A DNA stretch of 64,000 nt, taken from positions 1,984,001-2,048,000 of the forward strand of contig CBDBDQ010000005.1 of the NCBI GenBank assembly GCA_965203905.1, in the 5' to 3' direction. This document shows positions 18,143 to 27,843 of this stretch, piece by piece. The stretch comes from Spirochaetia bacterium (GTDB lineage Bacteria > Spirochaetota > Spirochaetia > SZUA-6 > Bin103). Numbering within the stretch: position 1 is the first letter of the stretch; each line of letters opens with the position of its first letter. The position numbers were made by a program, and so were the translations under genes. Under the pieces are notes generated by a model. It had not been told where the DNA came from, searched no databases, and saw only the letters and a program-made list of their open reading frames with translations.

Positions 18143-20590
18143 TCAGCTCCGGATGCGCTCACCGCGTGGGTCGTAAAGCGGCTCCTCCACGACCTTCGCC
18201 CCGCACCGTTCCCCAAACAGCTCCACCGCGACCGAGGTCCCTGGCGTCGCCAAGCGCACGGGCAGGTATCCGTAGGCGATGCTCTCCCGCACCGTGTAGC
18301 CATAGCCTCCGCTCGTCACCCGCCCCACCACGCCATCTCCCGCGCCGGGGTCGAGAATCGGCTCGCCGCCGAGGACGACGTGGCTCGGGTCATCAAGGGT
18401 CAGACAGCAGAGCTTGCGCTCGACGCCGGCTTCCTGGATACGTTCCAGAGCCGTCTTGCCGATGAAGTCGCCCTTCTTGAGCCTGACGGAGAACTTCATC
18501 CCCGCCTCCCAAGGATGATGCACCGCGTCGATGTCCGCGCTCCAGTAGCGGTAGCCCTTCTCGAGACGGAGAGAATCGATGGCCCTGTAGCCCGCCGCCA
18601 CCACACCGAGGGGGACGCCGGCTTCCCAGAGCCTGTCCCAGAGCCTCAGGCCGTACTCCGATGGCGCGTAGAGTTCCCAGCCGAGCTCCCCCACATAGGT
18701 AACCCGGCAGGCGAGCGTCGGCACCTCACCGATGGTCACCGGACGTGCCGTCATGTAGGGGAAGGTGTCGTTCGAGAAGTCGTCGTCGCTGACACTCTGC
18801 ACGAGTTCCCGAGCGCGTGGACCCCAGACGCCAATGGTACAGAGGCTGGCGGTGATGTCCCGTACGTGCACCGAGCCGTCGTCGGGCAGATGGGATCGAA
18901 TCCAAGACCGATCGTGCGGGCCGAAGGCGGTGCCGGTGATGAGCTGAAAACGATCTCCGCCGAGCCGCGTTACGGTAAGGTCGCACTCGATGCCGCCGCG
19001 GCGGTTGAGCATCTGCGTATAGGTGATGGAACCGAAGGGTCGATCCATCTCGTTGGTGGTAATCCTTTGCAGGAAAGAGAGTGCGGCGTAGCCATAGACC
19101 TCGATCTTCGCGAAGGACGTCTCGTCGAAGAGGGCGACACGCTCCCGGGTCGCCTGATGCTCGACGCCGATGGCCGTGGACCAGCAACGCCGCGCCCAGC
19201 CCTTCGGCTCCGGCCAGCGGGCGCCGGCCGGGACGGCCGACGCGGCCGGTTCGTTGGTGACAAACCAGTTCGGCCGCTCCCAACCGTTCTTCTCGCCGAA
19301 GACGGCTCCCAGCGCTTCGAGACGGCCGTAGAGAGGGCTGAGGCGGAGGTTGCGAACGCTTTCGCGCTCCTCGCCCGGGTAGTGGATATCGTAGTACGTC
19401 CGGTAGACCTCGGACGCACGCCCGAGAACGAACCGTCGGCTGGCCGCGTGCCGGCTGAAGCGGCGGATGTCCATCTGCCACATGTCGAGGCTCGGCTCAC
19501 CGGTGACGATCCACTCCGCCAGAGCCTTGCCGACGCCGCCACCGCCGGAAACGCCGTGGGCACAGAAGCCGCACGCGACCCAAAACCCACGCACCTCCGA
19601 CGCCTCTCCCAGAACAAACTCCCCGTCCGGGGTGAACGACTCGAGCCCGTTGACTTTCTTGACCAACTCGGCTTCCTCGAGCAAGGGAAACCGCGACCGT
19701 CCGGCTTCGAGAAGAGGCGCGAAGCGGGAGGCGTCGAAATCTCTCACGGTCGCGTGGGCGCCGGTGGGGATGGAATCCTCGCCGAAAGTCGCGCACTCCC
19801 GCTCGTATCCGCCCAGCACCAAACTGTCTTCGTCCTGGCGCAGGTAGACCAAACGATCGGGGTCGCGAATGTTCGGCAGGGTGACGCCATCGAGCTCCTC
19901 CAGCGCCGTCGTGGCGACGTACTGATGTTGCATGGGTATCAGTGGGATCGACACTCCGAGCAGGCGACCCAGACGCCGCGACCAGATGCCGGTTGCGACT
20001 ACCAGAACGTTCGTCCGGATGCGCCCCTTCGACGTGATCACGGCCCGGACCTTCCCGGCGCTGACATCGACCCCGACCACTGGGGTTTCGGCCTGAAACA
20101 CCACGCCCCGCTTGCGGGCTCGAGCCGCCAGGGCCTGGGCCAGAACCAGCGCCCGCGCCGAGCCATCGGTGGGAACATAGAGAGCGCCGCAGAGATCCTG
20201 CGAGCTCATGAGCGGGAACAGGTGCAAGGCTTCCGCGGCCGTGATCAGTTCCGCCTCGAGCCCGACGGTGCGAGCCCAGCCGGCCTGACGCTTCAATTCC
20301 TCAAGGCGTTCCGTGGACGACGCCAGGCGCAGGCTGCCCACCTGGGAGAACCCGGGCACCCCGTCGATCTCGAGCTCCTTGTAAAGGGAGACGCTGTAGC
20401 GGAGGAGCTGGGTGAGGGTGGCCGACGAGCGCAACTGTCCTACCAGCCCCGGAGCGTGGGAGGTGGTGCCACTACGCAGCGGCCCCCGGTCGAGAACGAT
20501 CAGGTCCCGCCAGCCGAGCTCGGCCAGGTGGTAGGCGATGCTCGACCCGGCGATCCCGGTTCCTACGATGACGGCCCTTGCTTCTTCCAC
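18143..20590 (-). CDS. FAD-dependent oxidoreductase-GcvT fusion (dimethylglycine/sarcosine dehydrogenase family)
   Basis: IVGTGIAGSS.AYHLA.LG, GTT.HAPGL, NGLESFTPDG, GWERPNWF, RVTYVGELGWELY, SLRLEKGY, YDP.GERIR. Confidence 0.95.
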   Translation of the reverse strand: MEEARAVIVGTGIAGSSIAYHLAELGWRDLIVLDRGPLRSGTTSHAPGLVGQLRSSATLTQLLRYSVSLYKELEIDGVPGFSQVGSLRLASSTERLEELKRQAGWARTVGLEAELITAAEALHLFPLMSSQDLCGALYVPTDGSARALVLAQALAARARKRGVVFQAETPVVGVDVSAGKVRAVITSKGRIRTNVLVVATGIWSRRLGRLLGVSIPLIPMQHQYVATTALEELDGVTLPNIRDPDRLVYLRQDEDSLVLGGYERECATFGEDSIPTGAHATVRDFDASRFAPLLEAGRSRFPLLEEAELVKKVNGLESFTPDGEFVLGEASEVRGFWVACGFCAHGVSGGGGVGKALAEWIVTGEPSLDMWQMDIRRFSRHAASRRFVLGRASEVYRTYYDIHYPGEERESVRNLRLSPLYGRLEALGAVFGEKNGWERPNWFVTNEPAASAVPAGARWPEPKGWARRCWSTAIGVEHQATRERVALFDETSFAKIEVYGYAALSFLQRITTNEMDRPFGSITYTQMLNRRGGIECDLTVTRLGGDRFQLITGTAFGPHDRSWIRSHLPDDGSVHVRDITASLCTIGVWGPRARELVQSVSDDDFSNDTFPYMTARPVTIGEVPTLACRVTYVGELGWELYAPSEYGLRLWDRLWEAGVPLGVVAAGYRAIDSLRLEKGYRYWSADIDAVHHPWEAGMKFSVRLKKGDFIGKTALERIQEAGVERKLCCLTLDDPSHVVLGGEPILDPGAGDGVVGRVTSGGYGYTVRESIAYGYLPVRLATPGTSVAVELFGERCGAKVVEEPLYDPRGERIRS

Positions 20591-20624
20591 TCGATGATCC
20601 GGTGTTGCGGTTGGATTCGGAGAA

Positions 20625-20652
20625 TTGTCGATTGTCTATCGTCGCTTGTCGA
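20625..20652. promoter_or_regulatory. Four tandem heptamers (TTGTCGA TTGTCTA TCGTCGC TTGTCGA), candidate operator
   Basis: Direct 7-bp repeats ~35-60 bp upstream of the dehydrogenase start. Confidence 0.5.
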
Positions 20653-20977
20653 TTTAGAAAAGGTGAGGACAAGATTCCTCGAGCCCAACGACGATTCCAA
20701 CCCAGCTCTAGCGAGGGGAGATCCCATGTACGTATTCTCGGTCCTTTACAGCAATTTCTTGCCGCGTTTCGCCGCTAGCCCCTCGGCCCAAGGGCCGCAG
20801 GCCGACAGGGAGGCCCGGGAATTCCTCCGCTTGTAGAACTCGCTCCTAGTAGAAGATGGTTTGACAGAACGAGCGCCAACGGCCCATGATGGTCACACGG
20901 ACGAGCGGCAAACCCGGGACGGGATGTGCCCGGGCGTTCCTCTCACCGAATCTATCTCCGTTCAGAGGAGGATCGTC

Positions 20978-22927
20978 ATGTTCACAGGAGCCATCCCCGG
21001 GCACCGTCCCGGCGTGTTCCATGTGGCAGCTCTGCTGCTGCTTTGCCTGCCCCTGGCCGTCTTCGCAGGCGCCGAAGCGGAGGGGGCTGCGGCCACCACC
21101 GCGGTCTTATTAGATACCTCGATCAAAGAGTCCCCCATGCTGAGCGACATGGTGGAAGCGGGGAAGCTGCCGCCCCTGGCGGAGCGGCTTCCCAACGAGC
21201 CGCTGGTGCTGGAGCCGAACATCGAGATGGGCCAGTACGGCGGCACCCTGCGCGCCGTCTACGGCGGTCCCGCCGAAGGGCACACCTATGCCCGCTACGT
21301 GGTGGACCCGCTGGTGCGCTTCACCGTGGACGGCAGCGACATCGTCACCAACCTGGCCAAGAGCTTCGAGATCACCGACGACGCCCGGGTCTACACCTTC
21401 TACCTGCGCGAGGGGCTGAAGTGGTCCGACGGAGCGCCCCACACCGCGGACGACTTCCTGTTCTACGCCAACGACATCTACCTGAACAAGGAGCTCAACC
21501 CTTCGCCGTTCCGCTGGTTCACCTCCGGCGGCGAGCCGATGAAGATGGAGAAGCTCGGCGACTACGCCATTCGCGTCACCTTTGCCGAGCCATACACCCT
21601 CTTCCTGCGGCAGCTCGCCTTCCGGGGACGCCATTCTTCGGCCATCGCCGCCCCGGCCCACTACCTGAAGCAGTTCCACCCCACCTACACCGATAAGGCC
21701 ACGGTCGACCGGATGGCCAGGCAGGAGGGGCTGGACGCCTGGACCGACCTGTTCGAGGACAGAAACGATTATTGGTACAACTCCGAGCGGCCGGGTACCG
21801 GGGCTTGGCTGATCCTCACCGAGCCGGGGGAACAGTTGATCTCCTTGGAGCGCAACCCCTACTACTGGAAGGTCGATCCCGCGGGCCGTCAGTTGCCCTA
21901 CATCGACAAGGTCGAGATGCAGCTCGTCGAGGACTACGAGCTCATCGTGATCAAGGCGGCCAACGGCGAGATCGACCTGGAGTTCAATGTGCTGGGGCTC
22001 GAGGACTACACCTTCCTCAAAGAGAACGAGAAGAAGGGTGACTACCGGGTGCTGACCTACGACGGCGACCGGGCGGCCCATGTGGCCTTCTGGCCCAACA
22101 TGAGCTACCAGAACGACCCCCGCCTGGGCGAGCTCATGAGCAATTCCAGGTTCAAGGAGGCCCTGTCCCTCGGCATCGACCGCGACGAGCTCAACGAGCT
22201 GTTCTACTACGGTCTGGGTGTGCCCCGCTCCATCACGGCCATCGACTCCGAGCCCACCTACGAGGAAGATGTGGCCAGGATGCACATCGAGTACAACCCC
22301 GAGAAGGCCAACCGGATCCTGGACGAGCTGGGGTTCGACAAGAGGAACGCCAGGGGCATCCGCCTCTTTCCGGACGGCGAGCCGATCTCCTTCGTCATGG
22401 ACTGGGCCACCTCCTGGCCCGTGCACGGCAAGGTGGCCGAGGTGGTCAGCGACTACTGGCGAGACCTGGGTATCGACACCGTGGTCAAGGCCCACGAGCG
22501 CTCGGTCTTCTACGAGCTTAGCTACAGCAACTCCTTTGCGATGTCCGTGTTCCAGTCTCCGGGCACCTCCCTGGTCAACAACTGGTGGATCATACCCTGG
22601 TATCACAACAGCAACGGCTACGGCGTGTGGCACCGGACCGGCGGCGAGGAAGGGGTGGCGCCGCCCGAGGGCAGCCTGGTGCGCAAGGCCATCGACCTCT
22701 ACTATGAGGCCATGGCGGAGCCCGACTTCGACGACATGGTGGCCGGCATCAGGCAGCTCCTGCGCTGGAAGAACGAGAACCTGTGGGGCATCGGAACCGT
22801 GGGGATGCAGCCCAAGATCGGCGTGGCCTCCAACAGGCTGGGCAACGTTCCCGAGAACTCTCCCTCTGGATGGCATCTGGTGACGCCGTCCAACACGCGC
22901 CCCGAGCAGTACTTCATCAGGCAGTAG
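20978..22927 (+). CDS. ABC transporter substrate-binding protein (SBP family 5)
   Basis: SD GAGGAGG; signal peptide; ESPML...VEAGKLPPL.ERLP.EP, LREGLKWSDG.P.TADD, ERNPYYWKVD..GRQLPYID; TTGACA-N18-CATGAT at 20861. Confidence 0.93.
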   Translation: MFTGAIPGHRPGVFHVAALLLLCLPLAVFAGAEAEGAAATTAVLLDTSIKESPMLSDMVEAGKLPPLAERLPNEPLVLEPNIEMGQYGGTLRAVYGGPAEGHTYARYVVDPLVRFTVDGSDIVTNLAKSFEITDDARVYTFYLREGLKWSDGAPHTADDFLFYANDIYLNKELNPSPFRWFTSGGEPMKMEKLGDYAIRVTFAEPYTLFLRQLAFRGRHSSAIAAPAHYLKQFHPTYTDKATVDRMARQEGLDAWTDLFEDRNDYWYNSERPGTGAWLILTEPGEQLISLERNPYYWKVDPAGRQLPYIDKVEMQLVEDYELIVIKAANGEIDLEFNVLGLEDYTFLKENEKKGDYRVLTYDGDRAAHVAFWPNMSYQNDPRLGELMSNSRFKEALSLGIDRDELNELFYYGLGVPRSITAIDSEPTYEEDVARMHIEYNPEKANRILDELGFDKRNARGIRLFPDGEPISFVMDWATSWPVHGKVAEVVSDYWRDLGIDTVVKAHERSVFYELSYSNSFAMSVFQSPGTSLVNNWWIIPWYHNSNGYGVWHRTGGEEGVAPPEGSLVRKAIDLYYEAMAEPDFDDMVAGIRQLLRWKNENLWGIGTVGMQPKIGVASNRLGNVPENSPSGWHLVTPSNTRPEQYFIRQ

Positions 22928-22963
22928 GCTGCCTCGGACGCTGGTGAGCGAGCGCTGATACGC

Positions 22964-23027
22964 ACAGAGCCTTCCCCGCCGGCGGCGTCCCGATGGTCGG
23001 CGCCGTGGCGGCGGGGGAGGGTTTTGT
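22964..23027 (+). terminator. Rho-independent terminator-like hairpin between convergent genes
   Basis: CCTTCCCCGCCG ... CGGCGGGGGAGG followed by GTTTTGTT. Confidence 0.65.
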
Positions 23028-23067
23028 TCCGTGTGCTGCGTGGCGGCGCACGCGAGGAAGACCTTCC

Positions 23068-24207
23068 CTAGGTCGCGTACGGATCCGCCGCGTCCCTCAG
23101 TCCGTCACCGATGAAGTTGAACACCAGGACCGTGACGATCACGAACAACACCGGAAGCATGAGCCAGGGGTGCAGGGCCACCGTACGGACGCTCTGTGCG
23201 TCCTGCAGCAGCACCCCCCAACTGGTCACCGGCGGCTGCAGCCCCAGCCCCAGAAAGCTCAGGGCCGTTTCCCCCAGGATCATGAGGGGAATGCTGATGG
23301 TGATGCTCACGATCAGGTGGCTCATGAAGGAGGGCAGGAGGTGCTTCCAGATGATGCTCATCTCGCTGTTGCCGCACAGACGCGCCGCCAGCACGAAGTC
23401 CTCCTCCCTCAGGGCGAGCAGCTTGCCCCGCACCACACGGGCCAGCATGGTCCAGCCCACCAGCGAGAGAATGACGGTGATGGCGAAGTAGACGCGCAGC
23501 GGCGGCCACTGTGGCGGCAGGGCGGCGCTGAAGGCCATCCACAGCGGGATGGCGGGAAAGGAGCGGATGATCTCGATGATCCGCTGAATGACGGCGTCCA
23601 CGGTGCCGCCGAAGTACCCGGACACGCCGCCGATCAGCAGCCCGAGCAGGAAGCTGACGACCACACCGATGAACCCGATCGATAGCGAGATCCGGGCGCC
23701 GTTGAGGATGCGGGAGAGCATGTCCCGGCCGAGCTGATCGGTTCCAAGGAGAAAGATCACCCCGTCGCCTTCCACTCCGAACAGATGCAGGTCTCCCCGG
23801 TACTGCCCCCAGAACCAGTACTCGTCTCCCCGAACGAAGAGGCGCAGGGGATACATCCTGCTCCGGTCGTCGACATAGGTCCGGCGCAACGTCTCCTCGT
23901 CGATCTGCCGCACCAGGCGGTAGACGAAGGGCCGGACCAATTGACCTTCGTGGAAGATGCGCACTCGCATCGGCGGCACAAAGGCGTACTCCTTGTGGCG
24001 TTCGTGCAGGTCGTAGGGAGCGATGAACTCGGCGAATATCGCCGTCACGTAGAGCAGCACGATGATCAACACGCCCACGACCGCCAGCCTGTGCTTGCGG
24101 AACTTCCACCACATGAGCTGCCACTGCGAGGCGAGGAACCGTCTTTCTTCGAGGTCTTCTCTCTCGGTGACGGCGCTGCGTACACCGTGCTTCGTGGTGC
24201 TGCTCAC
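23068..24207 (-). CDS. ABC transporter permease, OppC/DppC family
   Basis: [51 protein letters not shown]; SD GGAGGGG before GTG. Confidence 0.93.
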   Translation of the reverse strand: MSSTTKHGVRSAVTEREDLEERRFLASQWQLMWWKFRKHRLAVVGVLIIVLLYVTAIFAEFIAPYDLHERHKEYAFVPPMRVRIFHEGQLVRPFVYRLVRQIDEETLRRTYVDDRSRMYPLRLFVRGDEYWFWGQYRGDLHLFGVEGDGVIFLLGTDQLGRDMLSRILNGARISLSIGFIGVVVSFLLGLLIGGVSGYFGGTVDAVIQRIIEIIRSFPAIPLWMAFSAALPPQWPPLRVYFAITVILSLVGWTMLARVVRGKLLALREEDFVLAARLCGNSEMSIIWKHLLPSFMSHLIVSITISIPLMILGETALSFLGLGLQPPVTSWGVLLQDAQSVRTVALHPWLMLPVLFVIVTVLVFNFIGDGLRDAADPYAT

Positions 24208-24224
24208 ACATGCCCCTCCACTCT

Positions 24225-25205
24225 CTAGTACCGAATACGCGGATCGACCCACGCGAGCAGGATGTCCGATACGAGGGTGCCAACAACGGTCAGGATCGCC
24301 AGAAGCATGAGGAAGCTGCAGGCTAGGTACATGTCCTGATTGAGCAACGCACGCAGGAGCAGCGGACCGGTGGTGGGAAGCCCCAGCACAACCGAGGTGA
24401 TCGTAGCGCCTGAAATCAACTCCGGGAGAAGCCATCCGACGGTGCTGACCATTGGATTGATGGCCAGCTTAACCGGGTACTTGAACAAGAGCACGCGCTC
24501 CGTTACCCCTTTGGCTCTGGCGGTTATCACGTACTGCTTCTTGAGCTCATCGAGCAGGTTGCCGCGCATGACCCGGATGTGACCAGCGGTCCCGGCCGTA
24601 CCGACCACTACCACCGGTATCCAGAGGTGTTTCAACAGGTCCCAAACCTTCCCCAGGCTCCACGTAGCCTGGATGTACTCGGGAGAGAACAGTCCTCCGA
24701 CGCTCTGGTTGAAGAAGGCGAAGGCGACGAACATCAGGACGAGGGCCAGGAGGAAGTTGGGGGTGGCGAGACCCAGAAAGCCCAGGGCCGTAAAGAAAAA
24801 GTCGCCCGACGAGTACTGGTGCGTGGCGGAGTAGATGCCGATGGGAATGGCCACGGCATACACGAAGACCAGGCTGAAGCTGGCGACGACGACGGTCAGA
24901 ACGAGCCGGTCGCCGATGAGCTCGGCGACCGGGCGGTTGGCCTCGAAGGACCTGCCCATGTCCCCCTGCACGAAGTTCCAGATCCACCTGAAGTACTGGA
25001 TGTATACGGGCCTGTCCAGTCCGAACCGCCGCTCGAGGTTTGCGATGACCTCTTCGTCGATGGGGTTGCCGCTCATCTCCAGCATGGCGATGTAGGAGGT
25101 GAGGTAGTCGCCCGGCGGCAGCTGGATGAGGACAAAGGAGATGACAGAGATGACCAGGAGCGTTGGAACCATCATCAGGATACGCCACAGAAAATAGCGC
25201 AACAC
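24225..25205 (-). CDS. ABC transporter permease, OppB/DppB family
   Basis: IQLPPGDY, FGLDRP.YIQY, TARAKGV.ER, DPRIRY; SD GGAGG and TTGACA-N17-TAGCCT upstream. Confidence 0.93.
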   Translation of the reverse strand: MLRYFLWRILMMVPTLLVISVISFVLIQLPPGDYLTSYIAMLEMSGNPIDEEVIANLERRFGLDRPVYIQYFRWIWNFVQGDMGRSFEANRPVAELIGDRLVLTVVVASFSLVFVYAVAIPIGIYSATHQYSSGDFFFTALGFLGLATPNFLLALVLMFVAFAFFNQSVGGLFSPEYIQATWSLGKVWDLLKHLWIPVVVVGTAGTAGHIRVMRGNLLDELKKQYVITARAKGVTERVLLFKYPVKLAINPMVSTVGWLLPELISGATITSVVLGLPTTGPLLLRALLNQDMYLACSFLMLLAILTVVGTLVSDILLAWVDPRIRY

Positions 25206-25297
25206 GACAGCCTCCGGTTCCCAGAAAGGGCTTACCCTCCCAGCATTCGAAACGAGGCTACAAGCCTCTGCGCGCTTTGTCAACATCCCGCATTGCC

Positions 25298-25432
25298 TTG
25301 CCTCAAGCTAAATCCACACGAACGGAGTGTGGTGCCTCATCCAAACATCCACACGAACGGCCGCGCCATGATGGGGGCGGAGCGGAAGGCAGTGACGCGG
25401 GAGACGGCGCAGGAGTACCGCCGGAACTCGCG
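25298..25432 (+). mobile_element. Remnant of an IS end plus the first ~20 codons of a transposase
   Basis: Two direct repeats TGCCTCA-N6/7-ATCCACACGAACGG (25299-25325, 25333-25360), then ATG 25368 reading MMGAERKAVTRETAQEYRR, similar to N-termini of integrase-core transposases (recalled). Confidence 0.5.
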
Positions 25433-25457
25433 ATCCATTCGCTCGAGGTGGCCGCGG

Positions 25458-27785
25458 TCAGGCCGGCGCCGCGCGCAGGTGGCGGGGTTCGCCGGGGGCG
25501 AGGGCGAAGGTGATGCGGTGGCCGTCGCGGGTGGTTGGGACGGCACGGCCGGCGGCGTCGACGACCTGCCAGTGCTCGGGCGCGTGCAGCACGGTGCACG
25601 GCGCGGCACACTGCCCTTCCAGCGTGGCCTCGACCAGCTTGCCGTCGCGCCACGCGATTGCCACGGTGACGCCGCCCCGTGCCCGCAGCCCGGACGCGCT
25701 GCCCTCTGGCCACGCGGCCGGCAGGGCGGGCAGCAGATGGATCTCGCCGCGGTAGCTATGCAGCAGCATTTCGATCACCGCCGCGGCGCCGCCGAGGTTG
25801 CCGTCGATCTGGAAGATGCGCGGCGGGTGCAGGTCCAGCAGCGAGTCGGTGGCGAAGTCGGTGATCAGGTGATTCAGGTGTGCCCAGGCATCTTCGGCGC
25901 GGCCCAGCCGCGCGAACAGGCAGGCCGTCCACGCCCGGCTCCAGCCGGTGTGCGCGCCACCGGCCGCCAGCCGCCGCTCCAGGCTCACCTCGGCCGCCCG
26001 CCACAGATCGGGGGTCCGCTCCGGATCCAGCAGATCGCCCGGGTGCAGGCCGATCAGGTGGGAGACGTGCCGGTGCGAGGGCTCGACCTCGTCGAAGTCC
26101 TCGTTCCACTCCTGCAACTGGCCGTGGCGGCCGATCCGCAACTCCGGCAGGCGTCCGGCCAAGTCACGCCAGCGCCGCCGCAGCTCGGGGTCCAGGTCCA
26201 GGATCTCGGCCGACCGGATCGCGTAGCCGAAGGCGGCGCGGGCGAGGATCACGTCCATGGTCGCCGACACGCAGATGCTCACCGGCGGGCCGCCGTCGCC
26301 GACGAACCGGTTCTCCGGTGACTGCGAGGGCACGATCTGCAGTAAGCCGGCGTCGTCTTCGACCAGGTAGTCCTCGTAGAAGGCGGCCACCTCCTTGAAG
26401 AAGGGGTAGGCGCGGGTGCGCAGGAAGGCCGTGTCGCGCCCGTACTCGTAGTGCCACCACAGGTGCTGCGCCAGCCAGGGGGCAGCCCCGATCCACACCG
26501 CCCAGCCGTACGACTCCGGCGTCGAGCGGCCCCAGGCGTCGGTCTGGATCGGGTACCAGACGCCGCGGCAGCCGTACAGGTCCCTGGCCGCCTTGCGCGC
26601 GTGCGGCACCAGCCGTTCGATGTGCTGCAGCAGCGCCTCCACGTAGCGCTGCATGCCGGCCGGCTCGGCGGCCCAGTAGTTCATCTGCAGGTTGACGTCG
26701 TGGTGGTAGTCGCTGTCCCAGGGTGGCTCCAGGTCCTCGTTCCACTTGCCCTGCAGGTTCGCCGGCAGCGTGGCGGTGGCGGAAGAGGCACACAGCAGGT
26801 AGCGCCCGTAGTGGAAGTACAGCAGCGGCAGGCCGGGATCCGGCTGTCCCTCCCGGAGGCGCCGGATGCGCTCGTCGGTCGGCAGGTCGGGCACGCCGGA
26901 CGCCGCGGGCGCCAGGTCGAGCTGCATGCTGCCGTAGTGGCGCTCGTGCTCGCGCACGTGAGCGCGAAACAGGTCATCCCAGGTGCCCGCACCCCACGCG
27001 GATGGCACCTGCAGGCGCCGCGGGCCGCACTCCTCGGCGGCGGTTCGGCCGAAGGCGGACACGCCGATGTCGACCGCGAACACCGCCTCGGTGGCCCCTT
27101 CGCAGAGCAGTCTCCGACCGTCGACGACGCGCACCCGCCCGCCCCGGCACCACGCGTCGCCCTGCACCCGGAAGTCCACCCCGTCGCGAATGCGCCCGGC
27201 CATGGTCAGGCGCGCGCGATCCGTGCCGGCTGCTTCGGCGTCGAAGCTGAGCTCGCAGTCGGCATCGTAGGTGCGGTCGAGCCACGCCAGGCAATCGAAC
27301 GGCAGCCCGTCATGCCGCACCCGTACCAGAATCAGGTCCTCCACCAGGTGGGCGACGTACTGGCGGGTGAACGGCCTTCCCGCGACCAGGTACGACACCG
27401 TCGCACTGGCCGTGTCGAGGTCCAACTCTCTGCGGTAGTGGCCGACGGGGCCGTGGGTGAGGAACTCCAGGTACAGGTCCCCGGCCGGCTGGTACGGGTC
27501 CACCCGCTGCGGCCGGCCGCTGCCGCCGCCACCGCCGAAGGCCTCGCGGGCGGCGTGCGCACCGTCGGCGTAGTTGCCCGCCAGCAGCAGGCGCCGCACT
27601 TCCGGCAGCGCATCCCGGCGCACCTCGTTGTCCCGTTGGCGGTTCACCCCCTTCCACAGGCACTCGTGATTCAGGGCGACGCGTTCCCGCCGGAAGGTGC
27701 CGAGCACCATCGCCGCCAGCCGCCCGGTGCCGATCGGCAGTCCCTCCAACCACTCTCGCGCGGGAGCCTCGTACCACAGCTTCAT
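25458..27785 (-). CDS. Glycoside hydrolase family 95 (alpha-1,2-L-fucosidase-like)
   Basis: LWY..PA.EW.EGLPIG.GRL, FHYGRYLL, PANLQG.WN, NLQMNYW, SPEN, HRHVSHL, FQIDGNLG. Confidence 0.95.
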   Translation of the reverse strand: MKLWYEAPAREWLEGLPIGTGRLAAMVLGTFRRERVALNHECLWKGVNRQRDNEVRRDALPEVRRLLLAGNYADGAHAAREAFGGGGGSGRPQRVDPYQPAGDLYLEFLTHGPVGHYRRELDLDTASATVSYLVAGRPFTRQYVAHLVEDLILVRVRHDGLPFDCLAWLDRTYDADCELSFDAEAAGTDRARLTMAGRIRDGVDFRVQGDAWCRGGRVRVVDGRRLLCEGATEAVFAVDIGVSAFGRTAAEECGPRRLQVPSAWGAGTWDDLFRAHVREHERHYGSMQLDLAPAASGVPDLPTDERIRRLREGQPDPGLPLLYFHYGRYLLCASSATATLPANLQGKWNEDLEPPWDSDYHHDVNLQMNYWAAEPAGMQRYVEALLQHIERLVPHARKAARDLYGCRGVWYPIQTDAWGRSTPESYGWAVWIGAAPWLAQHLWWHYEYGRDTAFLRTRAYPFFKEVAAFYEDYLVEDDAGLLQIVPSQSPENRFVGDGGPPVSICVSATMDVILARAAFGYAIRSAEILDLDPELRRRWRDLAGRLPELRIGRHGQLQEWNEDFDEVEPSHRHVSHLIGLHPGDLLDPERTPDLWRAAEVSLERRLAAGGAHTGWSRAWTACLFARLGRAEDAWAHLNHLITDFATDSLLDLHPPRIFQIDGNLGGAAAVIEMLLHSYRGEIHLLPALPAAWPEGSASGLRARGGVTVAIAWRDGKLVEATLEGQCAAPCTVLHAPEHWQVVDAAGRAVPTTRDGHRITFALAPGEPRHLRAAPA

Positions 27786-27843
27786 TACGCCATTCTGACA
27801 CACTCGCGACCTGCAACCACCAGGTGCGGTATCGTCCGGTCAC

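Noticed and set aside
18080-20836. 918-aa plus-strand ORF, and similar long ORFs (26451-29219, 27310-30069, 35374-37782, 39817-41934, 45724-48069, 48403-50166)
   Set aside because: Antisense shadows of well-supported genes; long open frames are expected at this GC content and they carry no recognisable motifs
20591-20977. Possible glycine or THF riboswitch upstream of the GcvT-like gene
   Set aside because: No convincing riboswitch core seen by eye on the coding strand; an Rfam scan would be decisive
25243-25254. Shared operator with the CGTTTCGAAACG palindrome at 50234-50245
   Set aside because: Only 9/12 match between two sites; not enough to claim a regulon
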